From: Escherichia coli
GTDB lineage: Bacteria > Pseudomonadota > Gammaproteobacteria > Enterobacterales > Enterobacteriaceae
DNA length: 64,000 bases
Direction: 5' to 3' (one strand)
Assembly (NCBI RefSeq): GCF_030384885.1
Contig: NZ_CP128613.1
Shown: piece after piece, positions 15,149 to 26,625 of the stretch
Layout: each line of letters opens with the position of its first letter
How positions within the stretch are numbered: the stretch's first letter is position 1
Position numbers and translations under genes: made by a program
Notes under the pieces: generated by a model
What the model saw: the letters and a program-made list of their open reading frames with translations, nothing else
Databases searched by the model: none
What the model was told of the DNA's origin: nothing

Positions 15149-16123
15149 ATGACAGATTTAATCCAACGCCCTCGTCGCCTGCGCAAATCTCCTGCGCTGC
15201 GCGCTATGTTTGAAGAGACAACACTTAGCCTTAACGACCTGGTGTTGCCGATCTTTGTTGAAGAAGAAATTGACGACTACAAAGCCGTTGAAGCCATGCC
15301 AGGCGTGATGCGCATTCCAGAGAAACATCTGGCACGCGAAATTGAACGCATCGCCAACGCCGGTATTCGTTCCGTGATGACTTTCGGCATCTCTCACCAT
15401 ACCGATGAAACCGGCAGCGATGCCTGGCGGGAAGATGGTCTGGTGGCGCGTATGTCGCGCATCTGCAAGCAGACCGTGCCAGAAATGATCGTTATGTCAG
15501 ACACCTGCTTCTGTGAATACACATCTCACGGTCACTGCGGTGTGCTGTGCGAGCATGGCGTGGACAACGACGCGACCCTGGAAAATTTAGGCAAGCAGGC
15601 CGTGGTTGCAGCTGCTGCAGGTGCAGACTTCATCGCCCCTTCCGCCGCAATGGATGGCCAGGTACAAGCGATTCGCCAGGCGCTGGACGCTGCGGGCTTT
15701 AAAGATACGGCGATCATGTCGTATTCGACCAAGTTCGCCTCTTCCTTTTATGGTCCGTTCCGTGAAGCTGCCGGAAGCGCATTAAAAGGCGACCGCAAAA
15801 GTTATCAGATGAACCCAATGAACCGTCGCGAGGCGATTCGTGAGTCACTGCTGGATGAAGCCCAGGGCGCAGACTGCCTGATGGTTAAACCAGCCGGAGC
15901 GTACCTCGACATCGTGCGTGAGCTGCGTGAGCGTACTGAATTGCCGATTGGTGCGTATCAGGTGAGCGGTGAGTACGCGATGATTAAGTTCGCCGCGCTG
16001 GCGGGTGCTATAGATGAAGAGAAAGTCGTGCTCGAAAGCTTAGGTTCAATTAAGCGTGCGGGTGCGGATCTGATTTTCAGCTACTTTGCGCTGGATCTGG
16101 CTGAGAAGAAGATTCTGCGTTAA
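15149..16123 (+). CDS. hemB: Porphobilinogen synthase (delta-aminolevulinic acid dehydratase)
   Basis: ORF 15116-16123; start [23 protein letters not shown] at 15149; 324 aa. Confidence 0.95.
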
Positions 16124-16162
16124 TGATCATTATGCCGGGTTATCCAACCCGGCATTTCCCCT

Positions 16163-17014
16163 TTACCCCGCCCGATAAAACGGAATATCCCCAAGAATCG
16201 TCGCCCGATGCATAATCCGCCGCTGTGGCAGGTAATCCGCATTGGCATAGTGCTGAGTCACTCGGTTATCCCAAATCGCAATATCATTCGGTTGCCAGCG
16301 CCAGCGCACCTGAAACTCCGGTTTAGTGATATGGGCAAACAAAAAACCTAACAAGGCTTCGCTCTCTTTCTCGCTGACGTCAACAATTCGCGTAGTAAAG
16401 CCTTCGTTCACAAACAGCGCCTGTTTACCGGTCACCGGATGCGTTCGCACAACCGGATGGAGTAACGGTGGATTTTTCGCGACCGCCTCGTGCCAGCGTT
16501 GATGCTCCTCCTCGGTTTTGCGGTACTTGTATTCCGGGAACGATTTACGGAAATCATGCTCCGCACATAACCCGCTCAATAGTTGACGGAAGGGAACTGA
16601 GAGCGCCTCATAGGCCGCAATACCGCTGCTCCATAGCGTATCGCCGCCGGTCGAGGGTAACTCTTTCGCCGCCAGAATCGCCCCTGCGGGTGGCGTTTCA
16701 ATAAATGTCACATCGGTGTGCCAGTTATCGTTATCCGGCGGATTATCGTTATGAGTATCCAGTACGATAATCTCGTCAACCCCTTCGGCATGAGGGTAAA
16801 CAGGATGAATATGCAGTTCGCCAAAACGTTGGGCCAGCGCGCGTTGCTGCTGCGGCGTAATGGCCTGTTCACGCAGAAACACCACCTGATGACGCAGTAC
16901 CGCATGGTAAAGCTGTTCAAACTGGTTATCACTTAACGGGCGCGTCAGGTCGACACCCGTAATTTGTGCGCCAATATACGGCCCCAGCGGGGTAATGCTC
17001 AGACGTTCACTCAT
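16163..17014 (-). CDS. tauD: Taurine dioxygenase (alpha-ketoglutarate dependent)
   Basis: 283 aa; overlaps the tauC stop by 4 bp. Confidence 0.95.
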   Translation of the reverse strand: MSERLSITPLGPYIGAQITGVDLTRPLSDNQFEQLYHAVLRHQVVFLREQAITPQQQRALAQRFGELHIHPVYPHAEGVDEIIVLDTHNDNPPDNDNWHTDVTFIETPPAGAILAAKELPSTGGDTLWSSGIAAYEALSVPFRQLLSGLCAEHDFRKSFPEYKYRKTEEEHQRWHEAVAKNPPLLHPVVRTHPVTGKQALFVNEGFTTRIVDVSEKESEALLGFLFAHITKPEFQVRWRWQPNDIAIWDNRVTQHYANADYLPQRRIMHRATILGDIPFYRAG

Positions 17015-17838
17015 TGTACTTCTCCATGCCAGGGCGTCAGGCGGCGCTGTAACGCGCGCAGACCCAGTTCTAAAAGAAAGGCGATACTCGCAATCACCGC
17101 GATCCCCGCCAGCACCACGTCAGTCGCGAGAAATTCACCCGCTGACTGGACCATAAAACCCAAACCGCGCGTCGCGGCAATCAACTCCGCCGCCACCAGG
17201 GTAGACCAGCCCACACCCAGACCAATGCGTAATCCGGTGAGAATTTCCGGCAGCGCACCGGGCAAAATAACAAACCACAGTACCTGTGTGCGGCTGGCCC
17301 CCAGCGACTGAGCGGCACGAATGCGAACCTGCTGCGCGCTTTTCACCCCCGCCAGCGCCGACATCGCCACAGGTGCAAAAATCGCTAAATAGATCAGTAA
17401 GATCTTCGAGGTTTCACCAATACCAAACCAGATCACCATCAGCGGCAAATACGCCAGCGGCGGCACCGGGCGATACAATTCAATTATCGGATCCAGAATG
17501 CCGCGCACCGTCGGGCTTAGTCCCATGGCGATCCCAACCGGAATGCCGATCAACACCGCCGCAAGTAGCGCCAGCACAATGCGCGTCAGGCTGGCTGCCA
17601 GATGTTGCCACAGGGTGGCGTCCATAAATCCTTGAGGTCCGGCAATAGTGAGCAGTTTTGCCAGTACCTGTTGCGGCGGCGGCAGAAACAGCGGGCTAAT
17701 CAGTTGCAGGGCCGCCACCGCCCACCATACAGTGAGTAAAACCGCTAACGTGCCAATGCTTAAGGTCACCTGACGCGAGAGCGGCCAGCGCCATTTCAGC
17801 CGATGCGAATGCAGTTTTTCATTAATGAGCACACTCAT
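17011..17838 (-). CDS. tauC: Taurine ABC transporter permease
   Basis: 275 aa polytopic protein; overlaps the tauB stop. Confidence 0.95.
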   Translation of the reverse strand: MSVLINEKLHSHRLKWRWPLSRQVTLSIGTLAVLLTVWWAVAALQLISPLFLPPPQQVLAKLLTIAGPQGFMDATLWQHLAASLTRIVLALLAAVLIGIPVGIAMGLSPTVRGILDPIIELYRPVPPLAYLPLMVIWFGIGETSKILLIYLAIFAPVAMSALAGVKSAQQVRIRAAQSLGASRTQVLWFVILPGALPEILTGLRIGLGVGWSTLVAAELIAATRGLGFMVQSAGEFLATDVVLAGIAVIASIAFLLELGLRALQRRLTPWHGEVQ

Positions 17839-18602
17839 GAGAACGCCTCCCGTTGCTCAAATACGCGGCTTAAAACATATTCGCGCATGGCGATGAATTG
17901 TGGATCGGACTTGATGCTGCGGCTCGGTTCCCCGGCAACAAAGCGGCGGGCGAAGTTGAGCGGCAGCCGTTCCAACACACGGCCAGGGCCGGGTGAAAGC
18001 AGTACCAGCTCAGTCGCCATAAACACCGCTTCTTCTATATCGTGGGTAATCAACAGCACCTGCTTGCCCGTCTCCTGCCAGAGTTTCAGCAGCAGGGTTT
18101 GCATCTGGTCGCGGGTGAAGGCGTCCAGCGCGCCAAACGCTTCGTCGAGTAATAACAGCTGGGGATTTGCCGCCAGCGCGCGGGCAATCCCTACCCGCTG
18201 ACGTTGACCGCCGGAAAGCTGCCAGATATAGCGTTTTTCTGCGCCTTCTAGCCCCACTTTTTTCAGCATCTGGTGCGCGATTTCCAGGCGCTGTACTTTC
18301 TCTACACCTGCCAGTTGCAGGCCGAATGCCACGTTGTCTACCACATTACGCCACGGCAACAGCCCTTCATTCTGAAAAACCACGCCCCGCTCTGCGCCCG
18401 ATCCCTCAATGCACTTACCCGCCAGTTGAATGCTGCCATGCTGATAAGGCACAAAACCGGCAATCAGATTCAGCAAGGTGGTTTTGCCGCAGCCAGACGG
18501 TCCCAGAACCACCAGAAGCTCGCCGCTTTCCAGCGTCAGGTTGATATCTTCCAACGCCGGTTTGCCGCCATAATCGGCGTAAAGATGAGAGATTTGCAGC
18601 AT
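17835..18602 (-). CDS. tauB: Taurine ABC transporter ATP-binding protein
   Basis: 255 aa; Walker [10 protein letters not shown]; signature LSGGQRQR. Confidence 0.95.
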   Translation of the reverse strand: MLQISHLYADYGGKPALEDINLTLESGELLVVLGPSGCGKTTLLNLIAGFVPYQHGSIQLAGKCIEGSGAERGVVFQNEGLLPWRNVVDNVAFGLQLAGVEKVQRLEIAHQMLKKVGLEGAEKRYIWQLSGGQRQRVGIARALAANPQLLLLDEAFGALDAFTRDQMQTLLLKLWQETGKQVLLITHDIEEAVFMATELVLLSPGPGRVLERLPLNFARRFVAGEPSRSIKSDPQFIAMREYVLSRVFEQREAFS

Positions 18603-18614
18603 CTGCGCCTCCTT

Positions 18615-19577
18615 TTATTGCACGAAGCGCGAGGTCACGTACTGGCTGTAATCATTCGCCACGGCAGGGACTTTGCCCTGATCTTTCAAAAACTGCGCGG
18701 TATCGATGATCGCTTTATTCACCGGTCCGGTCAGTTCTGCCGTTTGTTGCTGCGGCGTCAGATAGGTATTCCCCTTCACCAGCCCCGGAACGTCACCTTC
18801 CGGCACGCCGCTTAAACGCGCCAGCTTGCTGATGTTTTCCGGCTGTTTCAGCCACGCGTCTGGGTTAGCAATGTACGGTTGCTGAGCATCGATGGCGCTT
18901 TTAGCGAACGCTTTCACGACTTCAGGATGTTTCTCGGCAAAATCTTTGCGCACTACCCAGACGTCCAGTGTCGGCGCGCCCCACTGCCCGACCTGTTCAG
19001 AATCGGTCAGCACCTTGCCATCTTTTTCCAGGGCGTTAACCGCCGGTGCCCAGACATAAGCACCATCAATGTCTTCCCGCTGCCAGGCGGCGATAATCGC
19101 AGGCGGCTGCAGGTTCACAATCTCCACTTGCCCGGGTTTAATGCCCCAGTGTTTCAGCGCCGCCAGCAAGCTGTAATGCGTGGTGGAGATAAACGGTACG
19201 GCAATGCGTTTGCCAATGAGATCTTCGGGTTTGCTGATGGTTTTCTTCACCACCAGCGCTTCGGAGTTACCCAGTTTTGACGCCAGCAAGAAGACCTCAA
19301 TCGGCACCTGTTGGCTGGCTGCAACCGCTAATGGGCTGGAACCGAGGTTGCCGATTTGCACATCGCCAGAAGCCAGTGCCCGCACGATGCTGGCCCCGCT
19401 GTCAAACTTACGCCAGTCCACGGTCGCCCCGCTCTCTTTAGCAAAGGTGTTATCAGCCTGAGCCACTTTCGCCGGTTCAGCGGAGGTTTGATAGGCCACA
19501 GTGACGTTCACCGCCTGTGCCTGAAAAGCGATGAATGCCAGTGCGGCAAGAAGTGTGTTACGCGATGAAATTGCCAT
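18615..19577 (-). CDS. tauA: Taurine ABC transporter periplasmic binding protein
   Basis: 320 aa with signal peptide; first gene of tauABCD. Confidence 0.95.
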   Translation of the reverse strand: MAISSRNTLLAALAFIAFQAQAVNVTVAYQTSAEPAKVAQADNTFAKESGATVDWRKFDSGASIVRALASGDVQIGNLGSSPLAVAASQQVPIEVFLLASKLGNSEALVVKKTISKPEDLIGKRIAVPFISTTHYSLLAALKHWGIKPGQVEIVNLQPPAIIAAWQREDIDGAYVWAPAVNALEKDGKVLTDSEQVGQWGAPTLDVWVVRKDFAEKHPEVVKAFAKSAIDAQQPYIANPDAWLKQPENISKLARLSGVPEGDVPGLVKGNTYLTPQQQTAELTGPVNKAIIDTAQFLKDQGKVPAVANDYSQYVTSRFVQ

Positions 19578-19879
19578 GATTGTCTGCTCCCCTGTCTTGT
19601 TATGGGAGCAGTATTTCGTTGCTGGTCAGTTTGATAAAGGAATTAAAACGTCTTGTTAAGAACAAAGCGTTTTTAGAAAAAAACTGGCAATGGTTAGCGA
19701 GTTTACGCATTTTGCAGCTTGGGCGAATGTAGCATGCCGATTCACAAACCAGATCAGATGTTCGCTCTCCGGCAAATTATTGCCATTTTGTTACATCCAT
19801 TCCATATCTGTCGCTGGTTGATTGCCAGCGACGCGCCGTGATGCATGATAGGAGAATGAGATAATAAGAGAAGAAAAGT

Positions 19880-20509
19880 ATGATTAGGGTTGTGCTGGTG
19901 GATGACCATGTGGTGGTGCGCTCTGGCTTCGCACAATTACTCTCTCTGGAAGACGATCTGGAGGTCATTGGTCAGTACAGTTGTGCCGCGCAGGCATGGT
20001 CGGCATTAACTCATAATGACGTTAATGTTGCCGTCATTGATATCGCCATGCCGGACGAAAATGGCCTCAGTCTGCTTAAGCGTCTGCGTGCACAAAAACC
20101 GCAATTCCGCGCCATTATTCTTAGCATTTATGACACGCCAACCTTTGTACAAAGCGCTCTGGATGCTGGTGCCAGCGGCTATTTGACCAAACGCTGTGGG
20201 CCGGAAGAGTTAGTGCAGGCGGTGCGCTCGGTCGGGATGGGCGGGCATTATCTCTGCGCCGATGCAATTCGGGCTTTACGCGGCGGCGAGCAACCCGCCC
20301 AGGCGCTGGAAATTCTCACCCCACGAGAACGTGAAGTGTTTGATTTATTAGTCAAAGGCGACAGTGTAAAAGAGATCGCCTTTAAGCTCGAACTCAGCCA
20401 TAAAACGGTACATGTACATCGCGCCAACGTGCTGGGAAAACTGAACTGTCATAGCACCATTGAGCTGGTGCATTTTGCACTCAATCACCATCTGCTGGCG
20501 GGGCATTAA
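19880..20509 (+). CDS. NarL/FixJ-family response regulator, UhpA-like
   Basis: 209 aa; receiver domain (VVLVDDH, acceptor Asp in VIDIAMPD) plus LuxR-type HTH; close in architecture to UhpA. Confidence 0.85.
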   Translation: MIRVVLVDDHVVVRSGFAQLLSLEDDLEVIGQYSCAAQAWSALTHNDVNVAVIDIAMPDENGLSLLKRLRAQKPQFRAIILSIYDTPTFVQSALDAGASGYLTKRCGPEELVQAVRSVGMGGHYLCADAIRALRGGEQPAQALEILTPREREVFDLLVKGDSVKEIAFKLELSHKTVHVHRANVLGKLNCHSTIELVHFALNHHLLAGH

Positions 20510-22050
20510 TGTCGCGTAACCTTCGTCATTGGGTGATTTCGCTGTTTATTGTGCTGGCCTGGGGAAGCGGCTGGCTGATGTTGTGGACGCTCAGCTTTTA
20601 TCTGACCAATAACGGTCAACAGGCAGTGTTATTTCTGCCGCACGGAGTTTACCTCGCTCTTCTTATTTTGCTCTCTCGCCGTTACTGGCCTGCGTTGGTG
20701 CTCCCCCCTTTGCTGATGATGTTCTGGCTGCACAGCGAGCAACTGTTGAACGGCTATCTCATGCTGGCAACGCCGGTTATTAGCCTGCTTCCTGCCATCC
20801 TTGCACAAAACGTCTGGCACCGTTTTCCACTTTACTGGCAGCGTCTGACGTTGCTGCTAGCCTCAGTAACAGCAGCTTCATTGCTGAATACAGCCATGCT
20901 AACCCCTTTTATGTCAGGCCCAATAATGCTGCCCGGTCTGACCTCATTTACCGGCGGCGTATTGTTGACGCCGTTTGTCTATCTCATCTTTGAGTTTCTG
21001 CGCCAGCAGCATCGCTATCAGCTTCTGAGACTCGATACGCATAATCCCCCCTTGCGAACCTCTTTAATCATCTGGTGTAGCCTATTTTTTATTATTGGTA
21101 TCGGCACCCAGATGGTGTTGTCGCCTGAAATCGAACGCCTGCTGCTGATCGTGGTATTTCTACCCAATGTGGTCATGGCCTGGAAATTTGGCTGGCAAGG
21201 TGGCGTACTCTCGGGGCTTTTGGGCAGCATGATGATCACTATTGCCCGCCAGATTGGCGTGGGCTTTAGTAACCTGGTGGAACTGGAGATTTTTCTCGCA
21301 ACCCAGGCATTGCTGGGAATTGGCCTGGGCATTGCCATCAGTCGCCAGCAACATCTGGCGCTAAACCTGCATCATTACCGTCAGCGACTGGAGGCAGAAC
21401 TGGCAGCACGGCGGGCATTGGCTGAAAAGCTGATCCACACCGAGGAAGACACGCGTAAAAGCCTGGCTCGCGAGCTGCACGACGAAATCGGTCAGAACAT
21501 TACCGCCATTCAGATCCAGTCGCAACTGGTGACGCGGGCACGCGATCCGGCGCAAGTTCATTCCGCAGCTAGCCAAATCAACGAACTCGCCCGCCGCATT
21601 CATCTCTCCACCCGCCAGTTGCTGCGCCAGTTGCGGCCACCCGCGCTTGATGAACTGACATTCCGCGAAGCATTACTTCATCTGATTAATGAATTTGCCT
21701 TTAGTGAACGCGGCATTCATTGCCAGTTTACCTATCAACTAACCACCACGCCAGAAAACGAAACGGTTCGCTTTACACTGTATCGGTTATTGCAGGAGTT
21801 ACTCAATAACGTCTGTAAACACGCCGAAGCCAGCGAAGTGACGATTATTCTGCGCCAGCAGGGAGAGATATTGCACCTGGAGGTCAGCGACAACGGTATA
21901 GGAATCGCCAGCGGGAAAATGACCGGATTTGGCATTCAGGGGATGCGTGAACGCGTCAGTGCCCTGGGCGGCGACTTAACGCTCGAAAAACATAACGGTA
22001 CGCGAGTAATTGTTAACCTGCCCACATTTTTGCAACAAATCGCCGGATAA
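20509..22050 (+). CDS. Sensor histidine kinase, UhpB-like (polytopic N-terminus, HisKA_3, HATPase)
   Basis: 513 aa; about 8 N-terminal hydrophobic segments; H-box ELHDEIGQ; ATPase region; start overlaps the upstream stop (TAATG). Confidence 0.85.
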   Translation: MSRNLRHWVISLFIVLAWGSGWLMLWTLSFYLTNNGQQAVLFLPHGVYLALLILLSRRYWPALVLPPLLMMFWLHSEQLLNGYLMLATPVISLLPAILAQNVWHRFPLYWQRLTLLLASVTAASLLNTAMLTPFMSGPIMLPGLTSFTGGVLLTPFVYLIFEFLRQQHRYQLLRLDTHNPPLRTSLIIWCSLFFIIGIGTQMVLSPEIERLLLIVVFLPNVVMAWKFGWQGGVLSGLLGSMMITIARQIGVGFSNLVELEIFLATQALLGIGLGIAISRQQHLALNLHHYRQRLEAELAARRALAEKLIHTEEDTRKSLARELHDEIGQNITAIQIQSQLVTRARDPAQVHSAASQINELARRIHLSTRQLLRQLRPPALDELTFREALLHLINEFAFSERGIHCQFTYQLTTTPENETVRFTLYRLLQELLNNVCKHAEASEVTIILRQQGEILHLEVSDNGIGIASGKMTGFGIQGMRERVSALGGDLTLEKHNGTRVIVNLPTFLQQIAG

Positions 22051-22122
22051 CCAGGAAAAAGTCTTAGGCATCCCGGATTTTCTCTCATCCTCTTTCACTT
22101 TCATTTTCATATAGTCAGCAAC

Positions 22123-23439
22123 ATGGAGACGACCATGCACGCGCGTTCAGCGAGAGAGATTAATCAATGCTACCGGACATTACGTCCGCGATTGCTGATG
22201 TGCATGATTATTGGCTACGCCGCATTTTATCTGACGCGAAAAAGCGTGAATTACGTCCTTCCGGCGCTGCAAACCGACCTCGGACTGGATAAAGGCGACA
22301 TTGGCCTGCTGGGTTCGCTGTTTTATCTCAGCTACGGATTGTCGAAATTTACCGCCGGACTGTGGCATGACAGCCACGGACAACGCGGTTTTATGGGCAT
22401 CGGCTTGTTCGCCACTGGGCTATTGAACGTGGTGTTTGCCTTTGGCGAATCACTTACGCTTCTGCTTGTGGTCTGGACACTGAACGGATTTTTTCAAGGC
22501 TGGGGGTGGCCACCGTGTGCCCGCTTACTGACCCATTGGTACTCCCGTAATGAACGTGGTTTCTGGTGGGGCTGCTGGAATATGTCGATCAACATTGGCG
22601 GAGCGATTATTCCGCTGATTAGCGCCTTTGCCGCCCACTGGTGGGGCTGGCAGGCCGCGATGCTGACACCGGGGATTATCAGCATGGCATTAGGGATCTG
22701 GTTAACGCTACAGCTTAAAGGCACACCCCAGGAAGAGGGATTACCGACGGTGGGTCAGTGGCGTCACGATCCGCTGGAATTACGTCAGGAACAACAAAGT
22801 CCGCCGATGGGTCTGTGGCAAATGTTGCGCACCACAATGCTGCAAAATCCGATGATCTGGCTGCTGGGTGTCTCTTATGTACTGGTTTATGTGATCCGGA
22901 TTGCGTTAAACGACTGGGGCAATATCTGGCTGACGGAAAGCCACGGCGTCAACCTACTCAGCGCCAACGCCACGGTAATGCTGTTTGAAGTGGGCGGCTT
23001 ACTCGGCGCGTTATTTGCCGGATGGGGTTCGGATTTGCTGTTTAGCGGGCAGCGAGCCCCCATGATTTTGCTGTTTACCCTTGGGTTGATGGTTTCGGTC
23101 GCTGCACTCTGGTTGGCACCGGTTCATCACTATGCCCTTCTGGCTGTGTGCTTTTTTACTGTGGGCTTTTTTGTCTTTGGCCCGCAAATGCTGATTGGAC
23201 TTGCGGCAGTGGAATGTGGACACAAAGCTGCGGCGGGTTCAATCACCGGATTTCTCGGTCTGTTCGCCTATCTCGGTGCGGCGCTGGCAGGCTGGCCGTT
23301 GTCGCTGGTTATCGAACGCTACGGCTGGTCGGGAATGTTCAGTTTACTCTCGGTCGCCGCAGTACTTATGGGTTTACTGCTGATGCCGTTACTGATGGCG
23401 GGCATCACCACCACTCACGCTCGAAGGATAAAACAATGA
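22123..23439 (+). CDS. MFS organophosphate:phosphate-antiporter-family protein, UhpC-like sensor
   Basis: 438 aa; many matches to UhpC from memory (FYLTRKS, GVSKF, CARLLT.WYSR.ERG, NDWGN, FGPQMLIG). Alternative start at 22135 has a better SD. Confidence 0.8.
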   Translation: METTMHARSAREINQCYRTLRPRLLMCMIIGYAAFYLTRKSVNYVLPALQTDLGLDKGDIGLLGSLFYLSYGLSKFTAGLWHDSHGQRGFMGIGLFATGLLNVVFAFGESLTLLLVVWTLNGFFQGWGWPPCARLLTHWYSRNERGFWWGCWNMSINIGGAIIPLISAFAAHWWGWQAAMLTPGIISMALGIWLTLQLKGTPQEEGLPTVGQWRHDPLELRQEQQSPPMGLWQMLRTTMLQNPMIWLLGVSYVLVYVIRIALNDWGNIWLTESHGVNLLSANATVMLFEVGGLLGALFAGWGSDLLFSGQRAPMILLFTLGLMVSVAALWLAPVHHYALLAVCFFTVGFFVFGPQMLIGLAAVECGHKAAAGSITGFLGLFAYLGAALAGWPLSLVIERYGWSGMFSLLSVAAVLMGLLLMPLLMAGITTTHARRIKQ

Positions 23440-24467
23440 AAATGCCCCTTACCTCTACTCTGATTGCTTCTGCCGTTGCGCTGGCAACCTTAACGGGTGC
23501 CGCACAAGCGAAAGGTCGACTGGTGGTCTATTGCAGCGCCACTAATGAAATGTGTGAGACCGAAACCAAAGCGTTTGGCGAGAAATATGATGTGAAAACC
23601 TCGTTTATCCGCAACGGCTCCGGTAGCACCCTGGCAAAAGTCGATGCTGAAAAGAAAAACCCACAGGCTGACGTCTGGTACGGCGGCACCTTAGACCCGC
23701 AGTCGCAGGCCGGCGAGATGGGCCTGTTACAGGCATATAAATCGCCTAACCTTGAACAGATCATGGAAAAATTCCGCGATCCGGCAAAAGTGAAAGGAAA
23801 CCTTTCCTCCGCCGTTTATGTGGGGATCCTCGGGTTTGGCGTCAACACAGAGCGTCTGAAAGAGAAAAACCTGCCTGTGCCGAAGTGCTGGAAAGATCTC
23901 ACCAAACCTGAATATAAAGGCGAAATTCAGATTGCCGATCCACAAAGTTCCGGTACCGCCTACACCGCGCTGGCTACCTTTGCGCAGCTGTGGGGGGAAG
24001 ATCAGGCCTTTGATTATCTAAAACAACTGAACGCCAACGTCTCCCAGTACACCAAATCAGGCATAGCCCCGGCACGTAACGCCGCCCGTGGCGAAACGGC
24101 GATTGGTATTGGCTTCCTGCATGACTACTCGCTGGAAAAAGAACAGGGCGCGCCGCTGGAGTTGATTTCCCCGTGTGAAGGTACGGGCTACGAAATTGGC
24201 GGCGTCAGCATTCTGAAAGGCGCGCGCAACCTCGACAACGCCAAACTGTTTGTGGACTGGGTATTATCAAAAGAAGCTCAGGAACTGGCGTGGAAGAAAG
24301 GGAAGTCTTATCAGATCCTGACCAATACCACCGCCGAAACGTCGCCAAATTCGCTGAAGCTCGACGACCTGAAATTAATCAACTACGACATGGATAAATA
24401 CGGTTCAACTGATGTTCGTAAGGCATTAATTAATAAATGGGTCAGCGAAGTGAAGATGGGTAAATAA
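23436..24467 (+). CDS. afuA: ABC transporter periplasmic substrate-binding protein, AfuA/FbpA family
   Basis: Start MKMPLTSTLIASAVALATLTGAAQA at 23436; the ATG overlaps the stop of the MFS gene (ATGA). Upstream 5' extension of the ORF rejected. Confidence 0.75.
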   Translation: MKMPLTSTLIASAVALATLTGAAQAKGRLVVYCSATNEMCETETKAFGEKYDVKTSFIRNGSGSTLAKVDAEKKNPQADVWYGGTLDPQSQAGEMGLLQAYKSPNLEQIMEKFRDPAKVKGNLSSAVYVGILGFGVNTERLKEKNLPVPKCWKDLTKPEYKGEIQIADPQSSGTAYTALATFAQLWGEDQAFDYLKQLNANVSQYTKSGIAPARNAARGETAIGIGFLHDYSLEKEQGAPLELISPCEGTGYEIGGVSILKGARNLDNAKLFVDWVLSKEAQELAWKKGKSYQILTNTTAETSPNSLKLDDLKLINYDMDKYGSTDVRKALINKWVSEVKMGK

Positions 24468-24478
24468 ACCCGCATTGC

Positions 24479-26614
24479 GTGCACTTGCCGGGTGCAGCAC
24501 AGACGCCTGCCCCGGCCAACCATACCGGAACTGCTATGTCACAGACACTTGCACTCCATCCCGCGAAAAAGCGGGATGCGATTTTCCTTTGGGTTTTGCT
24601 GGGCTGGCTGGCATTTATCCTGTTGCCGAGCTGGAGTCTCGATTATGGTCTGCTGGAGTCCACGAGTGATGAGATCCTCGAGGCGTACAGCTGGTCGCAT
24701 TTTAATATCAGCTGGCTGTGGTATTTACTCCCGAGTTTGCTGCTGGTTCGCCCGTTTAATGAGGCCAAACGCGAGCAGCGTAGCCGTCATTATTTTGATG
24801 CAGGCTGGGCATTGCTTTGTATAGCGTTTATGGTCATCAGTGCCACCATCGTTGGCCGCGGTCTAGGCTACGCCGCCATCGTGCTGTTTATCGAATTAAG
24901 CGCGATAATGACGCTGGCCTTAACCCGCCTCGAATGGCTGGGTGGCGACCGCTTTGTGATCGGCTCGCTGATTGCGATTGTGGCGCTGATTGGCATTTTT
25001 ATCGTCTGGCCGAGCATCGCCATTTTTATCCCGATGTTCACCAACGACGCGGGAGGGTTCGCCCCACTGGCGTTTATGAATGTGCTCTCGCAGGCACATA
25101 TTGTTCAGGTGATCGTCAACTCCATCGTCTTATCGATAGCGGTGGGTATTGGCTGTACTTTCTTCGGTCTGGTGCTGGCGATATATACCACGCGCATCGC
25201 TAAACGCAGCGCAGTAATCGGCCGCATCTTTTCCATTCTGCCAATTGTCACGCCACCGTTTGTGGTCGGCTTAGGCGTTACGCTCATGATGGGGCGCTCC
25301 GGCTACATAACGGAATTTATGGTGGAGTGGTTTGGGCTGACCAACACCAACTGGCTGTATGGTTTTACCGGGATCTGGCTGGCACAGGTCCTGGCATTTA
25401 CGCCAATGGCTTTTATGATCCTCGATGGGGCCATTAAAACCATTCATCCCTCGCTGGAAGAAGCCTCCTACACCCTGCGCGCCAGCCGCTGGCAAACCTT
25501 TAACGGTGTGTTTGTGCCGTTGTTAAAGCCCGCGCTTGCCAATGCCTTTTTAATCGTCGTGGTACAGTCACTGGCTGACTTCAGTAACCCGCTGGTGCTT
25601 GGCGGCAACTTCGACGTACTGGCGACGCAAATTTACTTCTACATTACCGGCTCGCAGCTGGATTATCAGGCCGCCAGCACCCTTGGCGCTTTCCTGCTGC
25701 TGTTCTCGCTACTGGTGTTCTGCGTCCAGTATATGTGGATTGGTAAACGCTCTTACGTCACGGTTTCCGGAAAGTCCTACCGCGGCGATGTCCAGCCACT
25801 ACCGGTCACCCTGGTGTGGAGCGTGGTCGCCATACTTGCGATATGGATTGCCTTTAACGCCCTGCTCTATGGCAGCATTTTCTACGGCAGCTTCACCGTG
25901 AACTGGGGCGTAGACTACACCCTAACGCTGGATAACTTTATCAAGTTATTTGGTCAGGGGATGAGCGACGGCGCATGGCCTTCACTGTTAGATACCTTGC
26001 TCTACGCCGGGATTGCCGCACCCATTACCGCTATTTTTGGCCTGCTCATCGCCTGGGTGGTGGTGCGCCAACAATTCAAAGGCAAAAAGACCATCGAGTT
26101 CACCACCATGTTGTGCTTTGCCGTACCGGGTACAGTGGCGGGTGTCTCGTATATTCTTGCCTTTAATAGCGCCCCAGTCTATCTCACCGGAACGGCAGCA
26201 ATTGTGATTATCTCGATGGTGATGCGCAACGTTCCGGTGGGTATTCGCGCCGGGATTGCAGGTCTGGGGCAGATCGACAAATCGCTGGATGAAGCCTCAC
26301 TTAGCCTGCGTGCGGGTTCCCTGCGAACCATTACGCACATTTTACTGCCGTTGTTACGCCCAGCTATTCTCTCGGCCCTGATTTACAGCTTTGTGCGGGC
26401 TATCACGACGGTCAGCGCCATCGTCTTTCTCGTCACGCCGGACACACGCGTGGCAACCGCCTACATCCTTAACCGCGTAGAAGACGGCGAATATGGCGTA
26501 GCCATCGCCTACGGTTCGATTCTGATCGTGGTGATGCTGGCGATTATTTTCCTCTTTGACTGGCTGATCGGTGAAGCACGTATTTCCCGTTCTAAAGCCA
26601 AAAACCAGGCGTAA
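24479..26614 (+). CDS. afuB: ABC transporter permease with two fused transmembrane domains, AfuB/FbpB family
   Basis: 711 aa maximal ORF, highly hydrophobic with duplicated permease halves; true start may be the internal ATG at 24536. Confidence 0.8.
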   Translation: MHLPGAAQTPAPANHTGTAMSQTLALHPAKKRDAIFLWVLLGWLAFILLPSWSLDYGLLESTSDEILEAYSWSHFNISWLWYLLPSLLLVRPFNEAKREQRSRHYFDAGWALLCIAFMVISATIVGRGLGYAAIVLFIELSAIMTLALTRLEWLGGDRFVIGSLIAIVALIGIFIVWPSIAIFIPMFTNDAGGFAPLAFMNVLSQAHIVQVIVNSIVLSIAVGIGCTFFGLVLAIYTTRIAKRSAVIGRIFSILPIVTPPFVVGLGVTLMMGRSGYITEFMVEWFGLTNTNWLYGFTGIWLAQVLAFTPMAFMILDGAIKTIHPSLEEASYTLRASRWQTFNGVFVPLLKPALANAFLIVVVQSLADFSNPLVLGGNFDVLATQIYFYITGSQLDYQAASTLGAFLLLFSLLVFCVQYMWIGKRSYVTVSGKSYRGDVQPLPVTLVWSVVAILAIWIAFNALLYGSIFYGSFTVNWGVDYTLTLDNFIKLFGQGMSDGAWPSLLDTLLYAGIAAPITAIFGLLIAWVVVRQQFKGKKTIEFTTMLCFAVPGTVAGVSYILAFNSAPVYLTGTAAIVIISMVMRNVPVGIRAGIAGLGQIDKSLDEASLSLRAGSLRTITHILLPLLRPAILSALIYSFVRAITTVSAIVFLVTPDTRVATAYILNRVEDGEYGVAIAYGSILIVVMLAIIFLFDWLIGEARISRSKAKNQA

Positions 26615-26625
26615 TGGAGCGCACT

